Of a DNA stretch of 64,000 nucleotides, positions 19,984-28,881 are shown one piece after another. The translations under genes and the position numbers were made by a program. Numbering within the stretch: the stretch's first letter is position 1; every line of letters begins with the position of its first letter. The notes beneath the pieces were generated by a model that worked only from the letters and a program-made list of their open reading frames with translations, did not search any database and had not been told where the DNA came from. Source of the stretch: Chlorobiota bacterium (lineage in GTDB: Bacteria > Bacteroidota > Bacteroidia > Bacteroidales > JAADGE01); assembly GCA_013153865.1 (NCBI GenBank), contig JAADDR010000096.1, forward strand, positions 3,729-67,728. Reading direction: 5' to 3'.

Positions 19984-22900
19984 ATGAATAAGAAATTTCC
20001 GGAATATAAAGGTTTAGATTTATCTCAGGTTAACAAAGACATACTTAAAAAATGGAAAAAAAATAACACCTTTGAAAAAAGCATAACATCAAGAGAAGGA
20101 AATCCCGAATTCGTCTTCTACGAAGGACCGCCTTCCGCAAACGGCATGCCCGGAATTCACCATGTAATATCCAGAACCCTCAAAGACACATTTTGCAGAT
20201 ACAAAACCCTGCAAGGATTTCAAGTAAAACGAAAAGCCGGATGGGATACCCACGGATTACCCGTAGAACTTGCAGTAGAAAAAAAACTAGGAATAACCAA
20301 AGACGACATAGGCACAAAAATATCGGTAGAAGAATACAACAACATATGCCGTAAAGAAGTTATGAGATTTACGGAACAATGGGAAGACATTACCGAAAAA
20401 ATGGGATATTGGGTTGACATGAACGACCCTTACATTACTTACGACAACAAATATATCGAAAGCATTTGGTGGCTGTTAAAACAACTGTACAAAAAAGGAT
20501 TATTATATAAAGGATACACCATACAACCTTACTCTCCGGCTGCCGGAACAGGATTAAGTTCACACGAACTGAACCTTCCCGGATGTTACAAAAACGTTAA
20601 AGACAATACAGGTACGGTACAATTTAAAATAATAAGAAATGAAAAATCCGAATTCCTTTTCGAAAATACCGATACCGACATATTCTTTCTCGCATGGACT
20701 ACAACACCGTGGACATTACTGTCTAACACGGCTTTAGCCGCAGGTCCGAAAATAACATATCTCAAAGTAAGAACTTTTAACCCTTACACAGGCATTCCGG
20801 TTACGATAATAATTGCAAAAGACCGTTTTAACAGCCTGTTCCCCGAAAAAAACAAAGATTTAAAATTAGAAGACTACAAAAAAGGCGATAAAAACATACC
20901 CTACAAAATACTCGGAGAATACAAAGGAACCGAACTTGCGGGAATATCATACGAACAACTTCTCCCCTACAAACAACCCGAATACGGAGACGCTTTTAAA
21001 GTAATAACAGGCGATTTCGTTACAACGGAAGACGGAACGGGAATAGTACACATAGCTCCGAGTTTCGGTGCCGACGACTACTTCGTGGCAAAACAAAACG
21101 GAATAGGACACCTGACTTTAGTCAACAAAAAAGGAAGATTCGTAGAAGGACTCGGAGAATTCAGCGGAAGACCCGTAAAAAACTCCTACGACCCCGACAT
21201 TCCGGAAGACGCTCCGAATGTAGATGTTGATATTCTCGTAAAACTTAAACAAGAAAACAAACTTTTTAAAAGCGAAAAATACGAACACTCGTATCCGCAT
21301 TGCTGGCGAACCGACAAACCTATCTTATACTATCCTTTAGACTCTTGGTTCATAAAATCAACTGCCGCAAAAGACAGAATGATAGAACTGAACAAAACAA
21401 TAAACTGGCAACCGCCCGCTACGGGCGAAGGACGTTTCGGACAATGGCTCGAAAACCTCATCGACTGGAACCTGTCGCGATCAAGATACTGGGGAACTCC
21501 CCTGCCGATATGGAGAACAGAAGACGCTTCCGAAGAAATATGCATCGGCTCGCTCGAAGAACTTAAAAACGAAGCTCAAAAAGCCGTAGATGCCGGATTT
21601 ATGAAAGAAAACCCGTTAAAAGACTTCATACCCGGAGATTTTACAAAAGAAAATTACGACAAATTCGATATGCATCGCCCCTATGTCGATGAAATCATTT
21701 TAGTTTCACCCTCAGGAAAAAAAATGTATCGCGAACCCGACCTCATCGATGTATGGTTCGATTCGGGATCAATGCCGTATGCTCAATTACACTACCCTTT
21801 CGAGAACAAAGAACGTTTTAAAAAAGCATTCCCCGCCGACTTTATTGCCGAAGGTGTCGACCAAACAAGAGGATGGTTCTTTACGCTTCACGCAATATCC
21901 TCAATGCTCTTCGACTCCGTGGCATACAAAAACATCATAGCAACCGGACTGCTGCTCGACAAAAACGGAGTAAAAATGTCTAAACGCCTCGGCAACGTTG
22001 TTGACCCGTTTAAAACAATAGAAACATACGGAAGCGACCCCGTAAGATGGTATATGCTTACAAACTCCCGCCCGTGGGACAACCTTAAATTCGACCTAAA
22101 CGGCGTGGACGAAGTAAAAAGAAAATTCTTCGGAACACTCTACAACACATATTCTTTTTTCGCATTATACGCAAACCTCGACGGATTTACATACGAAGAA
22201 AACGAAATACCTCTCGAAAAAAGATCCGAAACAGACCGTTGGATTATTTCTCTTCTAAACACTCTCGTAAAAGACGTGCAAACATCTTTAGACAACTACG
22301 AACCCACAACGGCGGGAAGAAAAATACAAACATTCGTAATAGACAACTTAAGCAACTGGTATGTAAGACTTAACAGAAAACGATTCTGGGGACAAGAATA
22401 CAACGACGACAAAATATCGGCATACCAAACACTTTACACATGCCTGAAAACCGTCGCACAACTTATGTCTCCCGCAGCACCTTTTTATTCGGAACAACTA
22501 TTCTCCGACCTTAACTCCGTTACCGGCAAATCCGAAGAATCCGTGCATCTTTCGACATTCCCCGAATACAACAAATCCGCAGTAGATAAAAAACTCGAAG
22601 AAAGAATGGAACTTGCACAACAAATTTCCTCAATAACATTAAGTTTAAGAAGAAAAAGCAAAATAAAAGTGCGTCAACCTCTTCGAAAAATAATGATTCC
22701 GGTATTAAACGACGATTTTAAAAATCAAATAGAAGCCGTAAAAGATATAATATTAACGGAAATAAACGTTAAAGATATCGAATACCTTAAAGACACCGGC
22801 GGTATTATCGTAAAAAAACTGAAACCGGATTTCAGGATAATGGGTAAAAAATACGGAAAACTTGTAAAACCGATCTCAAATATTCTTGCAAAATTTACAC

Positions 22901-23343
22901 AAGAACAAATCTCGGAATTCGAAAAAAACAAATCCGTAAAACTTAACATCGAAGACAACGAAGTTGAAATAAACATAAACGAAGTTCAAATAATAACAGA
23001 AGACATTCCCGGATTGCTCGCCGCAAACAAAGGACAATTAACCGTGGCATTAGATACCGAAATAACAAAAGAACTTAAAGAAGAAGGTATAGCAAGAGAA
23101 CTCGTAAACAAAATACAAAACATAAGAAAAGAATCCGGGCTCGAAGTTACCGACAAAATAAAAATCGAAATATCGGCAAATAAAGAAACCGAAGAAGCCG
23201 TACAAAAACACAAAGAATATATAAAATCGCAAGTACTTGCCGATTTAATAGAATTTACCGAAATTTCCGACAACGACAAATACGAAAAAATAGAAACAGA
23301 CGACAAAAATACGGCTAAAGTAATTATATCGAAAATTAAATAA
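19984..23343 (+). CDS. ileS: Isoleucine--tRNA ligase (long, type-2-like form)
   Basis: 1119 aa. PPSANGMPGIHH (HIGH), KMSKRLGN (KMSKS), an editing-domain region and WTTTPWTL. Confidence 0.96.
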   Translation: MNKKFPEYKGLDLSQVNKDILKKWKKNNTFEKSITSREGNPEFVFYEGPPSANGMPGIHHVISRTLKDTFCRYKTLQGFQVKRKAGWDTHGLPVELAVEKKLGITKDDIGTKISVEEYNNICRKEVMRFTEQWEDITEKMGYWVDMNDPYITYDNKYIESIWWLLKQLYKKGLLYKGYTIQPYSPAAGTGLSSHELNLPGCYKNVKDNTGTVQFKIIRNEKSEFLFENTDTDIFFLAWTTTPWTLLSNTALAAGPKITYLKVRTFNPYTGIPVTIIIAKDRFNSLFPEKNKDLKLEDYKKGDKNIPYKILGEYKGTELAGISYEQLLPYKQPEYGDAFKVITGDFVTTEDGTGIVHIAPSFGADDYFVAKQNGIGHLTLVNKKGRFVEGLGEFSGRPVKNSYDPDIPEDAPNVDVDILVKLKQENKLFKSEKYEHSYPHCWRTDKPILYYPLDSWFIKSTAAKDRMIELNKTINWQPPATGEGRFGQWLENLIDWNLSRSRYWGTPLPIWRTEDASEEICIGSLEELKNEAQKAVDAGFMKENPLKDFIPGDFTKENYDKFDMHRPYVDEIILVSPSGKKMYREPDLIDVWFDSGSMPYAQLHYPFENKERFKKAFPADFIAEGVDQTRGWFFTLHAISSMLFDSVAYKNIIATGLLLDKNGVKMSKRLGNVVDPFKTIETYGSDPVRWYMLTNSRPWDNLKFDLNGVDEVKRKFFGTLYNTYSFFALYANLDGFTYEENEIPLEKRSETDRWIISLLNTLVKDVQTSLDNYEPTTAGRKIQTFVIDNLSNWYVRLNRKRFWGQEYNDDKISAYQTLYTCLKTVAQLMSPAAPFYSEQLFSDLNSVTGKSEESVHLSTFPEYNKSAVDKKLEERMELAQQISSITLSLRRKSKIKVRQPLRKIMIPVLNDDFKNQIEAVKDIILTEINVKDIEYLKDTGGIIVKKLKPDFRIMGKKYGKLVKPISNILAKFTQEQISEFEKNKSVKLNIEDNEVEININEVQIITEDIPGLLAANKGQLTVALDTEITKELKEEGIARELVNKIQNIRKESGLEVTDKIKIEISANKETEEAVQKHKEYIKSQVLADLIEFTEISDNDKYEKIETDDKNTAKVIISKIK

Positions 23344-23363
23344 AAACCCAAATACTAAGAACC

Positions 23364-23756
23364 ATGTCAGAAAAAAACAAACAAGAACGAACACGTTACT
23401 CGGACGAAGAACTCGAAGAATTTAAACAAATAATCCTTGAAAAACTCGAAAGAGCAAGAAAAGATTATCAACTTTTAAGCAGCACTTTGTCTCACGAAGA
23501 CTCAAACGACATCCAAGACACATCACCTACTTTCAAAGTTCTTGAAGAAGGAGCAAATACCCTCTCGCGAGAACACACCGGAAGACTAGCACAACGACAA
23601 CTTAAATTCATATCACATCTCGAAGCGGCACTCGTGCGCATCGAAAACAAAACATACGGAATATGTCGCGAAACCGGAAAACTAATATCAAAAGAACGCC
23701 TGAAAGCCGTACCTCACGCAACATTAAGCATCGAAGCAAAGAAAAAACAATCTTAA
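23364..23756 (+). CDS. DksA/TraR-family regulator-like protein
   Basis: 130 aa. Coiled-coil N-terminus, then ALVRIENKTYGICRETGKLISKERLKAVPHATLSIEAK, which is DksA C-terminal-like with an incomplete Cys4. Located between ileS and lspA. Confidence 0.7.
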   Translation: MSEKNKQERTRYSDEELEEFKQIILEKLERARKDYQLLSSTLSHEDSNDIQDTSPTFKVLEEGANTLSREHTGRLAQRQLKFISHLEAALVRIENKTYGICRETGKLISKERLKAVPHATLSIEAKKKQS

Positions 23757-23769
23757 ATAATAAAACCGG

Positions 23770-24375
23770 ATGTCTTTATTCAAAAAATCGCTGCTTCTGA
23801 TTATTCTATTGCTCATTATAGACCAAGTCGTTAAGATTTGGATAAAAACACATATGACAATAGGACAAGAATTTAACGTATTCGGAGACTGGGCAAAAAT
23901 TCACTTCCTCGAAAACCCCGGAATGGCATTCGGACTTAAATGGGGCGGCGATACCGGAAAACTTATGCTCAGTACGTTCAGACTTGCGGCAATTGCAATC
24001 CTGACATGGTATCTTTACACAATAGCAGAAAAAAAATACCCGAAAATAATAGTATTCGGCGTTGCTCTCATTCTTGCGGGAGCAATAGGAAACATACTCG
24101 ACAGCGCCTTTTACGGATTAATATTCTCGGAATCAACATACGGAACCGTAGCAAAATTATTTCCCGAAAACGGCGGATATGCGGGATTTTTGCACGGCTC
24201 GGTAGTCGATATGCTTTATTTCCCGATGATTAACGGAACTTTTCCTTCATGGATACCGTTTTACGGAGGAAAATCATTCACGTTTTTCAGCCCGGTATTT
24301 AACATAGCCGACTCCTGCGTTACAATAGGCGTTGCATTAATAATAATATTCAGAAAAAAATTTGCAAAAACATAA
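23770..24375 (+). CDS. lspA: Lipoprotein signal peptidase II
   Basis: 201 aa with 4 TM helices. NPGMAFG, GAIGNILDS, VVDMLYF, FNIADS. Confidence 0.92.
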   Translation: MSLFKKSLLLIILLLIIDQVVKIWIKTHMTIGQEFNVFGDWAKIHFLENPGMAFGLKWGGDTGKLMLSTFRLAAIAILTWYLYTIAEKKYPKIIVFGVALILAGAIGNILDSAFYGLIFSESTYGTVAKLFPENGGYAGFLHGSVVDMLYFPMINGTFPSWIPFYGGKSFTFFSPVFNIADSCVTIGVALIIIFRKKFAKT

Positions 24376-24504
24376 AACAAACACGCCGAAACCGCAAAAA
24401 CCGAAAACATCTTTAATAAAATAGGATAATACGGGTTTTTATCTTGTTTTTATTTTAATATTTTTATACTTTTAGAAATTGTTTCTTAAACATCTGAGCA
24501 AAGT

Positions 24505-26559
24505 ATGAAAAAACTGACACTGAATAACATCCTTTTTACGGGTCTCGGAATAATTATTCTATTCGTAATAATTTTCGGAACCCGGGAAATAATATACATA
24601 AACGGATACGTATCCGCGGATAAAACCCTGCAAAGCATTATCAGACAAGAAAAAACAGTCGGAAAATTAAACGACGTATTCCTTTCCGAACAAATATTAA
24701 TAAAAAACGTAATAAATTCCGAAAACAAAAACGAAATATCCGAACTGCAAAAAAAACACATGCTCAATGCCGCGGCATTCTCTAAATACAAAACCCTTCT
24801 GAAAACAGATATTGCGGAAACAGAAAATTATTCGCAAAACGAAAAACTGCAAAAAACTGCTGCGGAAACAGAAAATATTTACAAAAAAGAAATTGCACCG
24901 CTTATTACGGCTCTTATAAAAACAAAAGAAAACATTATCGATGCAAAAAACATTTCGGGAGCCGATACCGAACACACAAACGCTCTTATGAGCAATATGT
25001 CCGAAACCGAAAATCAAATAAAAGAAACCTCGCGCTTAATATACGAAAACCTTAACCTTATAAAACAAATAACAGAAGAAAATCGCAAAACCGCACAAAC
25101 CGAAAAAGAAAAATTTATACGCTCGGCGGAAATAAACATATTTATATTTTTTATCCTGATAATAATACTTGCGGCAATAATATATACAATATCCGCAAAA
25201 TACGTCTTTACCCCCCTCGAATCCGTATATGCATACATAAAACGACTTACGGCGGGAGATTTGCCCGAAGACTTACACCTCAAAAGCGGAAAAGACATTA
25301 CCAAAATAACATCCGTCCTAAACAAAACAACGGCAGTTCTTAAAAATGCCGTAAATTTTGCAAAAGAACTCGCAAAAGGAAACTTTCAAACAAACTTTGA
25401 ACCGGCAAGCGATAAAGACGCACTCGGGAACACTCTGCTTACACTGAGAGACAACATACGCAAAGCACAAGAAGAAGACGAAAAAAGAAAAAAAGAAGAA
25501 GCCCGTCGCCAAAAAACCAACGAAGGACTTACAATGTTTGCCGAAATACTCCGCAAACACTCCGACAACCTTCAAAACCTTGCAGATACGGTAATATCTT
25601 CACTCGTAAACTTCCTAAACGCAAACCAGGGAGCATTATTCTTTCTCAATGACGAAGACCCCGAAAACATCTATTACGAACTTATCGGAGCATACGCATA
25701 CAACCGTAAAAAATATTTAACAAAACACATAAAACCCGGAGAAGGCTTAGTAGGTGCCGTAGCATTAGAAAAATATACCGTTTACATGACCGAAGTACCG
25801 GAAGACTATATCGAAATAGAATCGGGAACAGGCAAAGCAAACCCCCGTTCGGTGCTTATAGTCCCTCTGAAAATAGAAGAAAACGTTCTCGGAATAATCG
25901 AATTAGCTTCTTTTCAAAAATTTAAAAAAGAAGAAATCGAAATGGTGGAAAAAATTGCCGAAAGTATAGCATCATCACTCTCTAACGCAAAAATAAACAT
26001 GCAAACCGCCAAACTCCTCGAAAAATCAAGAATCCAGGAGATGCAAATGGAAATGCAGGAAAAAGAACTGAGGCAAAATATCGAAGAACTCAAAAAACTC
26101 TCAAAAGACATTAATCTGGTTGACAACCTTAAAGCCGAAAACAACCTGCTGAAAGTAAGACTTAAAAGACTCGCCAAATTTAAAGAAGAAGCCGATAATC
26201 TTAAAGCAGAAAACGAAATGCTTAAAGTAAGACTTAAAAGACAATCTTCCGAAAAAGACAAAACGGACTTATCAAAAGCAGAAGTCGAAATGCTTAAAGT
26301 AAGATTAAAAAGAACGGCAAAACAAAAAGAAGAAATCGAAATGCTTAAAGCCGAAAACAAAATGCTGAAATTAAGGCTTAAAAAAGAAACAGAACACAAC
26401 GAAGAAATCGACAGATTAACGGCAGAAAACAATATGCTGAAAGTAAGATTTAAACGAGAAGCAAAACTGAAAGATACAATAGATACACTTACCGCCGAAA
26501 ACGAAATGCTTAAACTAAGACTGAAAAAAGACAAGGCGGACAAACAAGATAAAAACTAA
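24505..26559 (+). CDS. Membrane sensor protein: periplasmic helical domain, TM, HAMP, GAF, repeated coiled coil. No recognisable output domain.
   Basis: 684 aa. Two TM segments flank a helical ectodomain of about 180 aa. HAMP-like region (LTAGDLPEDL). GAF-like core (NANQGALFFLN...GEGLVGAVALEK...SVLIVPLK..NVLGIIELASF). The C-terminus is six 24-aa repeats. Confidence 0.75.
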   Translation: MKKLTLNNILFTGLGIIILFVIIFGTREIIYINGYVSADKTLQSIIRQEKTVGKLNDVFLSEQILIKNVINSENKNEISELQKKHMLNAAAFSKYKTLLKTDIAETENYSQNEKLQKTAAETENIYKKEIAPLITALIKTKENIIDAKNISGADTEHTNALMSNMSETENQIKETSRLIYENLNLIKQITEENRKTAQTEKEKFIRSAEINIFIFFILIIILAAIIYTISAKYVFTPLESVYAYIKRLTAGDLPEDLHLKSGKDITKITSVLNKTTAVLKNAVNFAKELAKGNFQTNFEPASDKDALGNTLLTLRDNIRKAQEEDEKRKKEEARRQKTNEGLTMFAEILRKHSDNLQNLADTVISSLVNFLNANQGALFFLNDEDPENIYYELIGAYAYNRKKYLTKHIKPGEGLVGAVALEKYTVYMTEVPEDYIEIESGTGKANPRSVLIVPLKIEENVLGIIELASFQKFKKEEIEMVEKIAESIASSLSNAKINMQTAKLLEKSRIQEMQMEMQEKELRQNIEELKKLSKDINLVDNLKAENNLLKVRLKRLAKFKEEADNLKAENEMLKVRLKRQSSEKDKTDLSKAEVEMLKVRLKRTAKQKEEIEMLKAENKMLKLRLKKETEHNEEIDRLTAENNMLKVRFKREAKLKDTIDTLTAENEMLKLRLKKDKADKQDKN
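26128..26559 (+). repeat. Six in-frame tandem 72-nt (24-aa) repeats encoding (L)xAENxMLKVRLKR...
   Basis: The Ala-Glu codon pair of each unit is at 26134, 26206, 26278, 26350, 26422 and 26494, an exact 72-nt spacing. The units are diverged at the nucleotide level. Confidence 0.85.
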
Positions 26560-26570
26560 AAACAATAAAA

Positions 26571-27167
26571 ATGGCTCAATTTATTGCATTTGAAGAAGGT
26601 ATTACCGTAAACGGACAAACAATCTTATCGGTTGTTGACGCTTTGGACAAGGCAAAAGCGAAAGATATAGCTCTTGAAGTTTTAGCCGAAAACAATCTCG
26701 AAAATATCGAAGCTCAAAAATGGTATAAACAAGAAGACTGGCTCAATACCTTTAAAACAATTTCCGAAGAAATGGGAGAAACAATTCTTTATTTCATAGG
26801 AAAATCAATTATCGACAATGCCGAATTTCCTCCGGAAATAGACAATATAGAAAAAGGTCTGAAATCAATAGACACAGCATACCATATGAACCATGCAAAA
26901 AACGGAACCCCGATGTTTAACCCCGAAACAGGCGAAATGACCGAAGGCATAGGACATTACACGGTTACCGAAATAAGCAAAAACAAAATTAAAATGGTAT
27001 GCGAAAATCCGTATCCCTGCGATTTCGACAGAGGCATAATTACAGCAATGGCTCGAAAATTCGAGCAACTTGCCGAAGTAAAACTCGATACTTCCGTAAA
27101 AAACAGAAAAGACGGAGCCGACAGCTCGTCATACATTATTTCGTGGGCATACAGCTTCTCCGACTGA
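26571..27167 (+). CDS. Hypothetical soluble protein, probably co-transcribed with the HAMP-GAF sensor (possible H-NOX/V4R-like ligand-binding fold)
   Basis: 198 aa, starting 11 nt after the sensor stop. The fold suggestion rests only on a from-memory resemblance of its C-terminal half to H-NOX proteins. Confidence 0.6.
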   Translation: MAQFIAFEEGITVNGQTILSVVDALDKAKAKDIALEVLAENNLENIEAQKWYKQEDWLNTFKTISEEMGETILYFIGKSIIDNAEFPPEIDNIEKGLKSIDTAYHMNHAKNGTPMFNPETGEMTEGIGHYTVTEISKNKIKMVCENPYPCDFDRGIITAMARKFEQLAEVKLDTSVKNRKDGADSSSYIISWAYSFSD

Positions 27168-27174
27168 TAATAAA

Positions 27175-27214
27175 AAAGACCTTCGGAAAAATATTGCAAA
27201 ATCCGAAGGTCTTT
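27175..27214. terminator. Bidirectional terminator between convergent genes
   Basis: Perfect 13-bp stem aaagaccttcgga / tccgaaggtcttt with a 14-nt loop, flanked by an A-run and T-rich sequence. Confidence 0.7.
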
Positions 27215-27220
27215 AAAATA

Positions 27221-28141
27221 TCATAACTTAGAATTAATCCACTTAAGCACATCCTCATAAACCTCATCCCGGTTTATTTCGTTAAGACATTCGTGACGAG
27301 CATCCGGATAAAGTTTTACGGTAATATCGGAAATGCCGGCATCTTTATACATATCATAAACTTCCTTAACGCCTTTTGCATTCTTACTTACGGGGTCTTT
27401 ATCTCCGGCAAACAAATACATCGGCAAATCTTTTCTTACCTTAGATGCCGTATCTTTTTTATTTACATATTCTAACCCTTTCAGCATGTCATTATAAAAC
27501 CCTGCGGAAAATACGGCACCGCAAAAAGGATCGTTAACATATTCGTCAACTTTCTTATCATCCCGGCAAAGCCAGTCAAAATCAGTTCTGTTAGGTTTAA
27601 ACGCTTTATTAAAATCTCCGAAAGACATTGCATTCATCAACGGGCTCGGACTGTCCTTCTTCTTAAAAAGCATAATCAATTCGGTAAGCAAAATTCCCGC
27701 CTTACCGAGCAAACCGGCACTTCCGGCGGTACCCGAAAGCAATACTCCGTTTACTTCGTCATTATAATCGGCAATATAAGTTCTTACCACAAAAGTCCCC
27801 ATACTGTGCCCCAGCAAAAATACGGGCAACCCGGGCGAATCGGACTTTACCCGTTCAATCATCTTTTTTAAATCGGCGGTAACTTTATTCCAACCTTCTT
27901 TTTCGGCAAAAAAACCGAGTTTTTCAATACTCCCGGCAGTCTTTCCGTGACCCCTTTGGTCGTAAGCATAAACATTAAACCCGTTTTTACTCAAAAAATC
28001 CGCAAATTCGTCATAACGCTGAGCATGTTCAGCCATACCGTGAACAATAATAACAGATGCTTTTGCATCTTCGGCGGCATGTTTATAATAAACAATCTTT
28101 ACGCCGTCATCCGCAGTAAATTCGTGTTCCGTTTTTCCCAT
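27221..28141 (-). CDS. Alpha/beta hydrolase, lysophospholipase / monoacylglycerol-lipase-like
   Basis: 306 aa. VHGMAEH, nucleophile elbow GHSMG, C-terminal D...H (GDKDPV, ARHE). Confidence 0.75.
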   Translation of the reverse strand: MGKTEHEFTADDGVKIVYYKHAAEDAKASVIIVHGMAEHAQRYDEFADFLSKNGFNVYAYDQRGHGKTAGSIEKLGFFAEKEGWNKVTADLKKMIERVKSDSPGLPVFLLGHSMGTFVVRTYIADYNDEVNGVLLSGTAGSAGLLGKAGILLTELIMLFKKKDSPSPLMNAMSFGDFNKAFKPNRTDFDWLCRDDKKVDEYVNDPFCGAVFSAGFYNDMLKGLEYVNKKDTASKVRKDLPMYLFAGDKDPVSKNAKGVKEVYDMYKDAGISDITVKLYPDARHECLNEINRDEVYEDVLKWINSKL

Positions 28142-28152
28142 ATTCTGATATT

Positions 28153-28869
28153 TTAAAGATTTCTGACATCAAGAATTACTTCGGAAAAATTATCGTCAAT
28201 TATTTTTAATAATAATTTTGCCGTTTTTTCCGGATTCGTCAGCTGTCCGTTTTTCTTCAAATTTACGAATTTTTTCAATTCCGAAAAATCTTTTTCCGAA
28301 CTTTCTCTTATCTGTCTTTGCATTTCGGTTTCTACAACACCCGGTGCAACGGAATAAATACGAATACGATTTTCTTCATTAAAAAAAGACTGTTCCTTAT
28401 CAATATTTCTGCTGAACATATCCAACGCCGCCTTTGATGCGCAATAAACACTCCATGCATCCGTGGTATGTCTGCCGGCTCCGGAACTTACGTTAAGAAT
28501 TACTCTTTTATTCGTATAATATTGATATTTTTTAATAAAATTATTGATTAAAATACTCGGCGAAACTATATTAACATTATAATCATTGATTATATCTTCC
28601 GTTTTTTGCTGCCCCGTGCGTTTAATATTCGAAATAACGCCGGCATTATTAATCAAAACAATCTCTTCGGCATCGGGCAAATCCGGAAAATTAAATTCTC
28701 CGGCATCTCCCGGTTTCGACAAATCAACATAAACATGCTCGTAACGAGAATGAGAAATATTACAATTCCTCGACATGCCCGAAACTCGAACATCAGGCTT
28801 CGTTAAAATATTTTCGGCAACTGCTTTTCCTATGCCTCTGCTTGTTCCGGTTATAAAATATTTTTTCAT
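28153..28869 (-). CDS. Short-chain dehydrogenase/reductase (SDR)
   Basis: 238 aa. TGTSRGIGKA, NNAG, S...YCASKAA catalytic motif. Confidence 0.8.
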   Translation of the reverse strand: MKKYFITGTSRGIGKAVAENILTKPDVRVSGMSRNCNISHSRYEHVYVDLSKPGDAGEFNFPDLPDAEEIVLINNAGVISNIKRTGQQKTEDIINDYNVNIVSPSILINNFIKKYQYYTNKRVILNVSSGAGRHTTDAWSVYCASKAALDMFSRNIDKEQSFFNEENRIRIYSVAPGVVETEMQRQIRESSEKDFSELKKFVNLKKNGQLTNPEKTAKLLLKIIDDNFSEVILDVRNL

Positions 28870-28881
28870 TGAGGATTTTAA

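Noticed and set aside
25914-26543. 209-aa minus-strand ORF with a striking Ser/Leu/Phe repeat pattern.
   Set aside because: It is the antisense reading of the 72-nt coiled-coil repeats of the HAMP-GAF gene. Its periodicity is inherited from the sense-strand repeats.
26128-26559. Regular 72-nt periodicity, considered as a possible CRISPR-like or satellite array.
   Set aside because: The units are in frame within a long CDS, diverged throughout and contiguous, with no repeat/spacer alternation. No cas genes are nearby. It is a protein-coding tandem repeat.
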